Shown: positions 50,896 to 63,718 of the stretch, one piece after another
Layout of the letters: each line of letters starts with the position of its first letter
How positions within the stretch are numbered: position 1 is the first letter of the stretch
Assembly: GCA_036172245.1 (NCBI GenBank)
Contig: JAYWIR010000019.1
Location: 930,001-994,000, forward strand
Source of the DNA: Raillietiella orientalis
Taxonomy: Eukaryota
Reading direction: 5' to 3'
Length of the DNA: 64,000 nucleotides
Translations under genes and position numbers: made by a program
The notes under the pieces: model-generated
Databases searched by the model: none
What the model was told of the DNA's origin: nothing
What the model saw: the letters and a program-made list of their open reading frames with translations, nothing else

Positions 50896-53800
50896 ATGTC
50901 GCTGCTCGTGTGTCTGGCGCTGGCGCTGGCCGCCTGCAGGAGCAGCCAGTATCTCCTCTCAGAGGTGCTCGAAGGTAAGGCAAACCGCTGGCTCCAGAAG
51001 GTTCCGAACTTTTCGAAGTCCGTCGGGCCGTCGCCTCCACGTGCGCGACGCTCGGGTCCTGAGAGACGCGTTCTTCCTGCTAGCGCTTCCCGGGAAAGGA
51101 AGGTACTAGCGACGGCTTCCCTGCCTGATGACGGGAGAGGAGGCGGGAAAGAGGCGTCTCGATCGAGGTCGACCACTACGGCGACCCTCTGTGGGACGGG
51201 ATTCCGCTGCAGCGGCGCACTCCCCGCGGGCCGTCCAAGCAAGGGGCGGCGCGGCGGGTGCGCCACTGCCACGCCGCCCGGCAGTGGAGACTTAGCCGCT
51301 CTTCGAGAAGGGCGTTCCGAAGTGGCGCCGCCAGCCCCCTCACCCGCGTCGCAGCCGCCCGGAAGACGCCCGTCCACCCCTCTCGGGTGATTCCTTCGCG
51401 CGCCGCACGGCAGGAATCTCGACAACGTCTTTCCTTCCCTTCTATAAATGGAAGCGCGAGCTCCCCGAGCAGAGGTCCTGCCAGCGCGGTCCGGGATTCT
51501 CGCGAGATCGGGACATCCCGTCTCCCCGCCAAACGCACGGAGAAGGCGACACCTCGTTTCCGTGGGGACGCGGCGCTCTACGGGCGCTTTCTCAAGGACC
51601 CGCGGCGCGGCGAAGGACGTCATCTCGCGGCCGAGGGTCGGCTCCCCCCTCGCTGACCATGGACACTCCTGCCCGCAGGTCGGCCACTGGAGGGAGCGGC
51701 TCTCAACGACTCGTTCCTGAACCTCATGGAGCAGTACCGGACCCGGTTCGCGGACGTCCACGGCGACCCTCCGGGAGGCGGCGGCGACCCGGGAAGGAGG
51801 AGGCACAGGAGAGGCCTGCAGGATTCGTCCGAGTCGGGTTCGTGGGCCGCCGCCGCTGCTTCTTGACGAGCGCGCGCGCGCGCGACCTTGAACCGCGCCG
51901 CCTGCTGAGCGCCTGAGGCGGCGTCGGCGTCGCTGATGTTCCGCGCGGCTGACGGGCAGGTGGATTTCTGCGAAGGCTGCGGGCAGGGCGTGCGCAGCCC
52001 GCAGCGCGCGTGGACTGCGCGACGGGTACCTCTTGGTGGATTTTCGCCCTGGGGACCGCTCCGGTCGGACGCTTCCGGCGAGGGGAGGTCGCGATTGCCT
52101 CCTTCCGCGAAGGCTGGTGACGCGCGCCCTCGCGCGACGGGCAGCCCCGCCCGGACCTTTCATCTCGCGCTCCGCGGTCATTCGTAGGGGCGGGCCCGCC
52201 CCTTTTCTGCCAAACACGACGTGGAGGAGCCGAACAAAGGGAGGGGCGACCCTTCGTCCCTCTCCTGAGGGCAAGGGCTGGAGGTAATCCGAGAGCCGGA
52301 TCGAATTATACCGGATGCCCCCGCCGTCCTGCCGCCCGAAAGGACTTCCCCTGGGGGCATTTTCGTTTCGTGTGCGTGCGTGTATGCCGCGCGCGCGCGC
52401 TCCATGGCAACGCAAGGGACGCAGCGATGCGGCTCCCCTCAAGAAGGTCGCTTGGTGCTCTTCAGCACGAGGAAAAGCTTCGGCTTCCCTCGAGAGAGAG
52501 GAAAGCCGGTGGTCCTCCTAGACCCTCTGCCGGCAAGCAGCCTCCAGCGACCGGGGACAGCCGCACGCGCGTCCCAAGACTGCAGCAGCAGCACCGTGAC
52601 GGAACGGGACTTCCAGAGGTCGGCCGCCTTGTGCTCCTCGGGAGGCGCCCAGATCAGGGTCCGTGGAGTCACAGGGAGGGTGGGCACCGCCTCTGCAGAT
52701 GAGACCACGCCTCCTGGGATGCTACCCACCCTTCCTGGATCACGTTCTGAGGACAGCTACAAACGAGGACAACTGCAGCTCCCCATTTTTCCTTGGAAGG
52801 AAAAGTAGGAGGCTGGACCAAATCGTGGGACGAAAACCGTCCCTTGGTAAGAGGTGGAGGAAGAAATTTTCCTTCTTACCTTCCTTCTGTCCCTCTTCCA
52901 CATTCTTTCCTCTTCCGTCCTCTTTTTCCCTTCTTTCTCCTCCTCCTTTTCTCTTTCTCTTCCCTTCTTCCTCTCACTCCTCTTCCCTTTCTACCACTCC
53001 TACTTCTTTTCCTCCTCTTCCTCTTCCCCTCTTCTTCCTCCTCCTCCTCTCTGAGGCGGGGATCTCCGCAGGGAACGCGCGTTGCCCGGCAACCCTGCGT
53101 GTCAGAAGCGGGGGGGGGGGGGGAATGAGTTGGAGCGGGTAGTCCTCGGACGCTGGAGCGGGTGACCGCTGGTTCCAGAGGTCTGGAAGCTGCGCGGCAT
53201 GGAGCCGCTGGTGCCGGCGCCTCCTCTGGCAGGGTCGACGCGCGTCCAGCTGTTCTCCCTGCAGGTCGCCGGACGCCCGACTCTCTTCGTGTCCTCCCTG
53301 GAGGACGGGATGATTCCCCGGCTATCCGTTCACGACGGGGTGAGTCGCGCACGCGCGCTCGCCGCTTTCCCTTCCCCCCTCCGCCTGCAAGATGGCGGCT
53401 GCACCTCTCCTCTCACCCCCTCAGGAGGACCGCGCCTTCGTGGAAGTGGGAGGGTCTGGCGTGGGTCCCGGCGCGCCCCGGAACTCCGAGGTCTTCACCA
53501 TCGGGGATGTTCCACACCTGGTGACCTTCGACCCCGCCGACGGAGGCGGCTCCGGAGCTGTGCTGTTCCGCATCCGCGACCCGGGCGCCACGCCGTCGCT
53601 GGAGTACGTGCAGACCCTGAAAGCGTCCTTCCCGTCGGCAGTCAAGGCCTGGTGACTGACCTCTCCCGAACCCGTCCTTCCTCCTGACTCCTCGGCTTCT
53701 TTTCCTCTCGCAGGAGCGACGGGTTCGGCGGTACCTTCCTGCTGGTCTGCAGCGCCGGGAAGATTGGCCCTGAGGGCACCTTCCGGGGCAGCGTCGACAG

Positions 53801-56800
53801 CGCCTACTACCGGTGGTCAGGGCGGCACTTTGACCTGGTGGGTGCGGTGCGCACGCACCACGCGCGGGCCGCCGAGGTCTTCCACGTCCGCTCGGACACC
53901 TTCCTGGCGGTCGCCAACAGCAACAACGACATTGGTGAGGGCGTCTCTGGGGGCCCATTGACCGCTGCCCTCCGCCCCCTCCCAGGCGAGCCTCGAGTCG
54001 ACTCCGTGCTGTACCGCCACGACGGAGGGACCGGGACCTTCCGGGAGCACCAGCGGTTCCGCACCAGCGCCGCCAGCGACTGGAAGCACTTTGCCTTGGG
54101 GGTGGGTGACCACCTGGGTCACTTCTTGGCGGTGGCCAACGAGTACGAGAAGGGTGAACTTCTCCCCTCCCGCAAGACCTCCCCTTCCCCACACCCCGCC
54201 CTTGCAGGAGCCGACGGCAGGAAGGACGACCACGCGACCTCCGTCATCTACAAGATGTCTCGGGGCTACTTCGTCCCCTTCCAGTGCCTGCGAACGCGCG
54301 GCGCACGCCAGTGGATGCCCGTGGGGGTGAGCCCGGCGCCGGCCAGCTCCGCCCACCTGCCACTTTCCCCCAGGACGGGCAGCGCTTCCTCCTCGCCCTA
54401 GCCAGCCTGGACGGCCTGGAACTCTTCGCGTACGACGGCTGGCGCTTCGCCAGAGCGGCGTCGCCTTGGGCAGCAGGGCGTCTGGGCATTCCGGTGCCGC
54501 GCCCGCCAGTGCACCTCTCTTCCGTGGTGGCCCGGGGCACCAGCGTCCTCCTAGGTAATACTCCCTGTTGCCTTGAACTTCCCCCTACCGCCTCCGGGCA
54601 GCCATCTCCAGCGGCGACGACCCCGCCCAGGAGCACCAAGTGCTGCAGGTCGCCTTCTCCCGCCTCCAGGCTCCACGCCTGCAAGAATTGCGCCGGGACC
54701 TCCGGGAGCGCTGCCAGTCCTCCCTGCAGGGCGTCCGCCGCCAGGAAGAGGCCGCGCCGGCTCTGTGGGCTGCCGCGCGCGACGCCGTCGGCGGCGGGGG
54801 ACGGCCGAGCGGGGAGCAGCATCGCCTCATCCCGTGGGGCACCGCCGTCCACCTGTGGGGAGGAGCCGCCTTTAGAGGAGACGTCCGCGTGAACGGAGTC
54901 CTCGTCGCCGCGCAGGTACCGCCCCGTCGGACCGTCCCCCGACTCTCATCTGCCCCCCTCTTCCCCATCCCACCCATCAGGGCCTTGCGCCGCTCTCGGG
55001 TGGCGGTGACCCCAGCGACGGCGCTCAGCGGCCGCTGCTGACCAGGATCGCCAACCTCTCCGGCGTCGCGGAGCGCCTCCAGAGGAAGGCCGACGACATC
55101 CTCGCGCGGGTGGCCACGGCGGTCAGGACGTCCGGGAGGCTCGTCCAGGACCTCTCCGGTAAGATGCCCTCGGGGCATGACCACAAGAAAGACCCGCCGA
55201 CGCTTTCTGCTTTGCTCTACGAACCTCCGACAAGAACGCACCCGCGACTCTGCAGAGCAGTACAGCGCCCTCAGCTAGAGAAAAACGATCCCCCCCTCTA
55301 TTCCTCTCCGCCCTTCCTACTCTCCCCGTCCTCCTCCTTTTCTTCCTCCTTCCTCTTGCCCTCCCCATTCCTTCTTCTTCTTGCCTTCCCCTTTCCTTCT
55401 TCCTCTTCCTCTCTGCCTTTTCCTCTTTCCCTCCTTGTTCCTTCTCCTCTCCTCCCGTTTCTCATCCTCATCCTGGAGCAGAGAACAGCCTTCAGGGGAA
55501 GGTGCCTGCGCCACCATTTTGGCTGCGTTTCTGCCCGGGTGTCTCCATCCCACCTTTTGAAGACCCTCCCTTGTGCAGGGACGCGGCTCGCCTTCGCCAA
55601 CCTCTCCGTCTTTTGCTCGGTAGCGGGAGCGGGTTGCCAGGCGACCAGCATCCGGGCGGACAGCGTGAACGGGTTCAGCGTGGACGAAGCGAGGCCGTCC
55701 GCCCGGTTCCAGGAGCTTCACGTCCAGGGTAAGTCCCGTCCGTGCCTCCCCCTCCACACACTTCATCCCCCCCGCGCGCCCGTTCCTCCCGCAGGGGACA
55801 TCCAGATGAGCGGCTCCCTGAATGGCCTGCGGCTGCGGCGCTTCGTCACCGCCTCGGGGAGCCACTCCATCGTCTCGTCGAAGCTCTTCGCCGGGGGCGT
55901 TGCCCTGCGGTCGGGCGCGCGGGCCGGCTGGGTCGAAGGCGCCGAGCTCTTCGTGAACACCATCCTCCTCGATGGGCCTGACCAGGCAGCTTCCGGTGAC
56001 CACCGCGCGCGCGCGCCCACTTTCCCCGTGCATGCAGCGCGCGCCGTTGCCCTCCAGGTACGCCCACGTTCGACTCACTGCTACTGAGGAGCGCCCACGT
56101 GGGCATGTGCAACGGTGTCGACCTGCCCTCCCTGCTGGACGAGGCCGTGCCCCTGGTGGGAGGCGCTCGCATCTCCTCCCGCAAGTCCTTCGCGGCGAAA
56201 GGGAAGGATCGCGGACCGTCCCTCCGCGCCTCACGCGCCTCCGTGCGGAGCGTTGCGGGGGTGGATGTCCGCGACCTCTTCGAGAATGCCCTGCTGAGGA
56301 CCGACGCGGAGCAGGTTGTCAGCGGTGAGGCACCGTCAGTCCATCGGAGAGGCCACGTCCCCTTTCCTTACCCCCCTCCTCTCCCAGCGCCCTTCAGGTT
56401 CGACAGCCTGCACGTCTCCGAGGACGTCGAGCTGACCACCGCCAACGGCGCCCCGTTCCCGGGCGACATCGTCGTCAATGCGCGGGGACGCTCCTACGGG
56501 AGGAAGGCGCCGTCCGGCGACACGGTTGTCTTCCACAGGGACGTCGCCATGGAGTTGCTGACCGTCGGGAACCTCCTCAATCACATCCCCGTCCTTGACG
56601 GCAGGGTGGACGTGTGGGTCAAGAACCTGGCCACGAGGGTCGAGGGCAGAAAGCAGTTCGGTCGCTTCTCCTCGAGGCAGGAGGTTGACCTGAGCGCGGA
56701 GGGTCACTCGCCCGGGTTCGCAGGTACCCCGTGCGGGAGGTGAGGTCGCGCAGCTTCCGCCCCTCCTCATCCCCAGGCATCGTCATAGAGGGCGACGCCC

Positions 56801-59800
56801 ACTTTCTCCTTCCCGTCTCCGTCCTGGGACGGCTCAACGGCCTCAATCTGGAAAAGGTGCTGTCCCGGGCCCTTCGGCTGAGCTCGCCTTTGCTCGGGTC
56901 GCGCCTCGTGACCTTCCGGAACCACGTGCAGGTGAGGAGCTGGCATTCCTCGCCCCGAGATGAGGGGGAGAGGGGGGCAACCACTCACTCACGCACACAT
57001 TCGCAGGTGCTCGACCTGGAAGCAGAGTGGGTCAACGACCAGCGGACGGAGGACTGGGTCATCCGTACGGAGGACAGAAAGATCCACGGGATGAAGACGT
57101 TCGTCCGCCCTTTGCATTTCGTCCGAGGTTTCGACGTGCGGGTAAGCCCTCGTTCCAGGAGAACCCAGGTCTGTCTCCCTCTACCATCCCGGAACGAGCG
57201 AGAGGAACGCACTGCCATCTCTGGGGGGGGACAGGGAACGCTGCGAGGCCCACGGAGCGACCGCTCAACGAGGCAACGATGCTTTCGCGTGGAGTGCGTC
57301 GTCGTTCCTCGGTTGGGACACTGGTGGGGAGGGAGGGGACAAGAGTTGCGGAGGAACAGAAGAAATCCTCCCAGTCGCCCGTGGGCAGAGCAGCGGAGCG
57401 TCCCGCCATCTCTGGGGTAACGGGCAAAGCTGAGAAGCGGAAGCGGAGCGGTCGCACAGCGAAGGAGGGATGTCTTCGCTTGGGGTGCGTCGTCGTCCCC
57501 TGGTTGGGCTCCTGGTGGGGAGGAAGGCGGAAGGGAAGAAACAGTCACGCTGCACCCCTCTCCCTCTCCACGCCCCACGCACCTTCCGCGCAGTAGCTCC
57601 CTGTTTCACACGCCACTTCAACGTTCCCATGGGATTTCAGCAAGGCATCGGCGGCATCCGCTTGCGGGACTTCGGCCAAAGCATCCTGACCCTGGATGGC
57701 GACCAGGAGGTCCGCGGGACAAGCGTGTTCCTATCCGGATTCCGATGTCCAGAGTGCGTGCGGGTGAAGGGGGTCAGCCAGCGGCTACGCTCCTGGCAGT
57801 TTGGTGTCCCCGGATGTGACCGTCAACGGCATCCCTCTGTCGAGCGTCAGCCTGTCGTCAGCCGACGAGCACATAGGAGGGCACAAAGTGTTCCTCAGGA
57901 CCGTGACGACGGGGAGCGCGGCCGCAGGCGACCTTGAAGTGAAGGGTCTCCTGGACGGGATCGACCCCGACGACCTGATACATGACACTCTCTTCAACGG
58001 TACTGCCCTTCCCCCTTGGAGGTAACCCCACTCTCCTCTCCCCTTCTCTCCTCATCCAGAGGATGCTCAGCAGACGGTCAGGGGCTACAAGCTGTTCAAA
58101 AATTCCCTGACATTCAGCGGGATCTCCGTCCTGCGGGACGAGAGTCCTGCCCCATCGGAAGGAACGGAAAACGACTTGGTCCACAGAGGTAACCTGAAAT
58201 TCCTTTGGCCTGTGACCGCAGCCGCCTTGGGATTCCAAGGTAAACTAGGCTACAAATGGCGCTTGCAGCTTTTTGGTATCGCCACTTCCGCTTACTTGAC
58301 CCATCCCAGCATCCCAAAATTCACCATTCGGAACCTCCTCTTCCACTCCTCTTCCTCCTTCCCTCCTTTCCTTCCTCCTCCTCCTTCCCTCCCTCCCTCC
58401 TTCTATTCCCTCCTCCTCCTCCCCTTTCCTTCTTCCTTCCGTCCCGCCGCCGCCGCCTTTGGAGGAAACATCCGCGTGGACGGAGTCCTCGTCGCCTCTT
58501 TGCAGGTACTTCACACGACCTCCCACCCACCCATTGCCCGGATCTCACTGGCCACTCCAATCAGCGCCTGGCGCCGCTCTTTGGCAGAGATCACCTTGCG
58601 CCAGAGGACGTCGACCGCTGTCAACCAGGATGGCCTCTTCGTTCTCGTTTCTTCCTCCCTTTTCCCTCCTGCTGCCTTCTTCTGTCTTCCGTGGGGAGCA
58701 GCGTGTGGCCGGGGGACTTTCGCAGCACCGGGGAAAGCGAGGCAACAGGCGCTGAGGAGGGAGGCTGCCTGCGGGAAGGAGAATGTAGTCCTCCGTCCTT
58801 GAACCTATCTGTTGCACCGCTGCCGCGTTGCCCGAACCTTCGCGACGAGATGGCGCGTTCAGCAGCGCCTCTGCCGGCAGTGGCGTGGCACCCCGCACCA
58901 CGAGCGTTCTGTGTCGCCTCCCAGGTTCCCTGGACGGTTTCACGCACAGGCAGATCTTTGAGGACGTGTTGCTGCAGGACGAAGATCAGGTCGTTCTCTC
59001 GAGTGTCGTCTTCGCCGACTCGATCGAGAGCCCCCGCGTCTTCGTCGAGAAGATAGGGAACGTATACTTGTCGGATCTGGTCAACCGCACGGTCGGCATC
59101 GGCAGCAGCATCTTCCTGAACGGGACTCTGTATTTTGGTACGCACTGATGCGGACCGCCGCGCAGGAAAGGGACTGATTTTTCGTCTTCCGAACAGGACA
59201 ATTGGTGACCGAGGTCTTCGAGATGGACGAAGCGCAGACAAGCACCCTCCTTGGCAATGCTGCGCTGAGATCGCGCGGGAAGATCACCGGGAACTTTGTC
59301 TTCAAAGGTAAATGGAGCCGAAATTCGTCCCTCCATTCCGTTGTCGAGGTGCCGTAATATCCAAAAGCCTGGAGGTCGGTGGGCTGGTCAACGGTCACTC
59401 CGTGCAGGACGTGTGTTCCCTTGCGGATTCCCCGGTGGAGTGGCAGAGGAACTTGGCGATCGTCGGTAGGCCGCGGGCGTGCGCGCTTGCATCCGCAGGC
59501 GATTGCAGGTTCCGCCATGTTCGACGACGTGGTCGCCATCGGTGGCACCCTGAACGGATTAGACTTGGCGGCGGTGGAAAGCGGCTCCTGGTTCGACGAC
59601 CGAGAAGCCGTGCTCACAGGTCACGTCGCGTTCGAGGACGTCCACTTCCGGAACTTGGCGATCGAGGTTTGACCGTGGAGACTGGCTGGTTCCGTCCACT
59701 CGTGGACGCGCGCGCCAGGGCTCGCTGGACGGGGTGGAGGTCGACGCCTTCCTAAGGTCCTTCGTCAACCTGCGAGAGCCTCAGGCGCTACGGGGGAACC

Positions 59801-62584
59801 TGCGCTTCGAGAGCATCGTGGTGGAGAGGAACGTGACGGTTGCGCAGATACGCACCACGTTCTTGAACGGGTTGCCCTTCGACAGGAAGGTCAGCAACGT
59901 GCTGCTGGATCATGGCCCCCAGCAAATTAGCGGCCTCAAGTCCTTCGCCACGCTGCTGGTGGACGGTAACGCCCGCCCCACGTCGGCGGCGCCCTTTTTA
60001 CTCTTCGGCCCAGACTTGTCCACCGATCGCCTCGGTGGCCTCCAGCCCGAGCAGTTCGTCATCCAGGGAGAGGCGAACGCCTTCGCGGGGAGGAAGACGT
60101 TCCGAGGCAACGTGACCGTCATTGGCAACCTCACCTCGGAGCGAAGTCTCGTCGTGCATGGCGTTAGGCTCGGGGAATGGGCCGAGGGCGTCGTCCGCTT
60201 CTACGATGCTGTCTCCCTGGAAGGGAAATTCTTCTCGCAGCCGCCCTCTTTCGGGAATATCACGTAGGAACGAACCCGTCGCGGGAACGACCTCTCCTCT
60301 CCCCCGCCACCTTTCGGTGCTCCAGCGTGCGAGGAACCATCAACGGCCTGGGGTTCACGAAAGGCAGCGTCCTCCTGACGGACGTGCACCAGCACGTCGA
60401 CGGCCACAAGACTTTCTCCTGCGGCGAACCCGGGAGCTGCGACCTCTACTTCCGCGATCTCGCGTTGCGCGAGGCGATCAACGGGATCGACGTGGGCGTC
60501 CTCCTGGCGGAATCGGTGAGCGCGCCGCTCCCCTCCCCTCACGGTATCAGGGGACGCTACCAAAGGTTTCCGGTGCGAGGGGAGCCATCTTCTGGGACGG
60601 TAAGCACTTTGTCGAACCGCCTACCGTCTCTCACCTCGTGGCGCTGGGAGACGTCGGCGGAGTGGACGCGCGGATCTTCGACGACCCGCTCCGCGAAGTG
60701 CGCCTCACCGACCTGGGATCTCCCACCACGGTTCATGAGGAGACGCTGAGGAAGGTGGATCGCCTGCTGAAGAGTTGAGTGACCATAGAAATGGTCGGGC
60801 AGGGTGTCACGATGGCGCCCTCGGTGCTCCTAGGTGAACTGCTCTCCTTCGGATACTTCGAAGAGAGGCAGGAGTTCGCGCTAGACGCCCCAATGAAGGT
60901 GGCGGCTGTGACGGCGGCTTCCATGCTGGGTCGTCGCGGGGCGGAGCACAGCAGCTGCGGCGTTTACCTCCACTCGACGGATTCATCCGGACGACACCAC
61001 ATGGAATCGCTTAGGTGGAGCCGGGAAGACGGAATCTTCCTCCATGACAGAAGTACGGCCGTCGCCGCAGCCGCACTTCCCGAGGCGCTCACGGCCACCC
61101 GATATTCCAGACTTCCGTCTCTCCGGCTCCCCCGAGGAAATCGGCGCGGTCGCCTTCACCCCGAGTCTGCAGCTGCTCGCGGTTGCCGGGCTGCCGGAGC
61201 GTGGGTCGCGAGAGGAGATCATGACGTTCCTGCTGGATCGTCAGACAGGGACGTACGAACTCATCCAGAGCATGGAAGCGTCGAGAAGGACCGTGGACCT
61301 CCAGGTAACCTCAGAAGCGCGCAGCAGTGCGTTTTCAGGAGATGGACGCTCGTGCGGCCCCGCTGCGCGGGAGTCCTGCCGAGCGCGAGAAACTCCGCGC
61401 AGTCGCAGGAGCGGCCGTCGTGGTTCCCTTAACGCGTAATCTCAACAGCGCTGGAGATCTCGCTCGAAGAAGCTGGGTCCTTCCGGGAATCAGGAAAGTT
61501 GGTTCCCTTTGGAATTTCCTCCCAAGTGTGAGGGGAACGGCCTTCCTCCTTTCGGTCCAGTCATCTCTAAGCAGCACTTGAAAATCCATGCGTGAGATGT
61601 TCCACGATTTTTTCTCTTCTTCGCGCGTGGACAAGAGGGACTGCCTGCTTGAGTCGAAGAAAATGACCGCTTCCGTTGCAGATGATCGAGAAGGGGAGCA
61701 TCATCTTTATGGTAGCCTTGAGGAGCTACCGCTCCAGAACCGTCTTCAGCGACTTCGACTCGTTCGCATTTTGCCACCTGTACAAGTTCGACCACTCGAA
61801 AGGGGGCTTCGTCGAGATGCAGATTTTTTCCATACCAGGAGCGACTAAAGTAGACCACCTCTAATTGCGCAGGGAAAAAACGGGATGGGTTGGATCGTTG
61901 CAGGTTTCCGCGACGGAGTTCCGGGGAAGGACGTTCGCCACCATCGCGGCAGCCTCGAGTCACGACGAAAACATCTTCACGCCGGTCTTCCTTCTGGACC
62001 CCATCGTTCCCGCCCTCATCGAGGTGCAGAGACTCCCTCACAGCAGTAGGAACGCGATCTTCTTCGAGTACAGTATGGAACTGTACCTCGCAGCGGTCAG
62101 GGAGAGCATCGCGAAGGTCTTTGATCGCGTGGACATCTACATGTGAGTCGCCGCGCCTCCAGGCAGCGCGCGTCCCACGGTGCACCCCCAGATACGACAA
62201 GGAGCACAAGATGTTCAGCCGCCGGCAAGTCATCGAGGTCCAGGAACCAGTCGTGATGATGGTGTTCGAGGTTCTGCCGTCGCACGAGGGATTCCTTTTC
62301 CTCCTGACTGGCCAGAGCAAGGTACACGGCGCATGCGCGGGCGGCTTGCGCGAAAAACGCTGTTCCAGGAAAACGTGAAGATGTACTCCTTGAAAGGGGA
62401 TTCGGGTTTCGTGGCAGCAGGGAGCCTATCCGTACCTGGGGTGAGGAGCATTTTCTCGGCCGTCGTCGACGACCACGCCCTGCTGCTGATCGCATCCGGA
62501 AGAACCAGAGCGGAAGGCAGGGACCACGCCAGTTACTTTGTGAAGATTTTTAAATCAAAGCTCCGTGGAGAATCTGTTGAATAA
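50896..62584 (+). CDS. clos: Large secreted EAR/EPTP-repeat protein, closca-like (Nasrat/Polehole/Closca egg-envelope family), many small exons
   Basis: Signal peptide MSLLVCLALALAAC (exon 50896-50974); furin-like RRRHRR; phase-consistent exons 53179-53339, 53425-53651, 53714-53934, 53986-54153, 54208-54326 and 54374-54554 encode EAR repeats (FLAVANS...DSVLYRH...FREHQRFRTSAASDWKHF...FLAVANEY...SVIYKMSRGYFVPFQCLRTRGARQW); central QxIxGxKTF repeats; C-terminal EAR-like repeats (HLYKFDHSKGGFVEMQ); last exon 62369-62584 ends KIFKSKLRGESVE*. Not every internal exon was mapped; the symbol rests on remembered similarity. Confidence 0.75.
57207..57535 (+). repeat. Degenerate intronic tandem duplication (about 190-bp period)
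   Basis: gccatctctgggg...ggagcg...gtgcgtcgtcgt...ggttggg...ctggtgggga occurs twice (about 57214-57340 and 57405-57530). Confidence 0.75.
58452..58635 (+). pseudogene. Duplicated exon-end/intron/exon-start relic of 54865-55052 inside an intron of the same gene
   Basis: gccgcctttggaggaaacatccgcgtggacggagtcctcgtcgcc...gcaggtac...atcagcgcctggcgccgctct...accaggat mirrors gccgcctttagaggagacgtccgcgtgaacggagtcctcgtcgcc...gcaggtac...atcagggccttgcgccgctct...accaggat. Confidence 0.7.
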
Positions 62585-62750
62585 TGACGCCCCCGATCGA
62601 TACGTGGATGTCATCGATGATCTCTTTTCTTCCCGATCCACCGGTTTGCGTAGAAGCCAGCAGTTGTCCGACGATCGGTTCTTGAATTACAGCCGCCCTG
62701 CACTCTACAAAGCGAAAGACGGAGGTGGGGTGGGGGTAGGGTGGGTGATC

Positions 62751-63049
62751 GCGCGTGGCACCGAGCGATGCGAAGGTCGCCCCCCGCAAGATGACGCTGG
62801 TGGGACCGTCCGGTGGAAGGCGGAAACCGGATGTCCCCGTTGACTGGTCGAGATTGCAAGCTGACCCTCCGGGGTGCTTACAGGAACCAAGGAGACGATT
62901 CCCCTTCGGTTGCAACCATGGCGAGGGTTCCCCTACCAAGAGTAAGAGGAACGGACTGCTTCCTCCGGAACCTCCCTGGGTCCCTACGGGGCTACTGCTT
63001 AGAGCTTGAAGAGTTACACGCACCCTCGGGTGGCGTGGACAGCGTCAAA
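62751..63049 (+). mobile_element. SINE-like repeat, internally deleted copy 4
   Basis: ggaaaccggatgtccccgttgactggtcgagattgcaagctgaccctcc matches 36902-36950; 3' end cgcaccctcgggtggcgtggacagcgtcaaa; B-box and central region missing. Confidence 0.72.
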
Positions 63050-63261
63050 GTAAAGTGGACAGTACTGCGCGACCCCCCCCCCTCCACCCAAAAAAAGCCA
63101 CTGGCGATTCCGGAAGGCTTCGTCCAGTTTTTTTTTTTGTTAATGCGCTGCAGAAAGACACATTATTAACGATCAGAATAGGGTTAGATTACCTGGATGC
63201 CTGGCAGCCCTGCAGCAGACGCTTGTAGGAGCGTGACCTGACAGCCCTGCGAAGTGCCGAC

Positions 63262-63325
63262 AGCTCTAAATCCATCCACGAATTCCTCGTTTCCAAACGA
63301 GGAAGTCGTGGATGGATTTAGAGCT
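63262..63325. repeat. Near-perfect inverted repeat (31-bp arms, 2-nt spacer)
   Basis: agctctaaatccatccacgaattcctcgttt-cc-aaacgaggaagtcgtggatggatttagagct; 30 of 31 positions complementary. Confidence 0.95.
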
Positions 63326-63718
63326 TTCGAAACGGCTCGTGTGCCCTGACTGCTGGCTCGGTTGACCCCTTCCTCTACTCCTGTGCACATCTCGTCGGGG
63401 AGCTGCTCACGAGAAGCAGCACCTCCGAGGCATCTCCCTTTGTAGTGGTCACGTGAAACCACTACGAAGGAAGACATTTTTATATTGTATACGACTTTTA
63501 TTTTTGTAATTCTTTTTTTTTTTTTTTTTACAACCAACGACCCGGCGTGAGCAGGTGAAAATGAAGGACCTCCACGCACGGGAAGACTTGGACAGTTCAC
63601 ACTGCCATTTCGATCAGTAGTGGGTGGCTGCGGACGTCACAGCTACATGCGCAGTGCAGGCCGCTCTGATGTACCTGGCTGTCTCCCTGTTAATCATATT
63701 AAACGGCTACTGAATTTG

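Noticed and set aside
50685..52442. 585-aa minus-strand ORF
   Set aside because: Antisense shadow of the GC-rich 5' part of the closca-like gene; no recognisable motifs.
63184..63600. 138-aa minus-strand ORF with a donor at 63192
   Set aside because: Crosses the perfect hairpin and a poly-T run, no homology recognised, and no convincing downstream exon.
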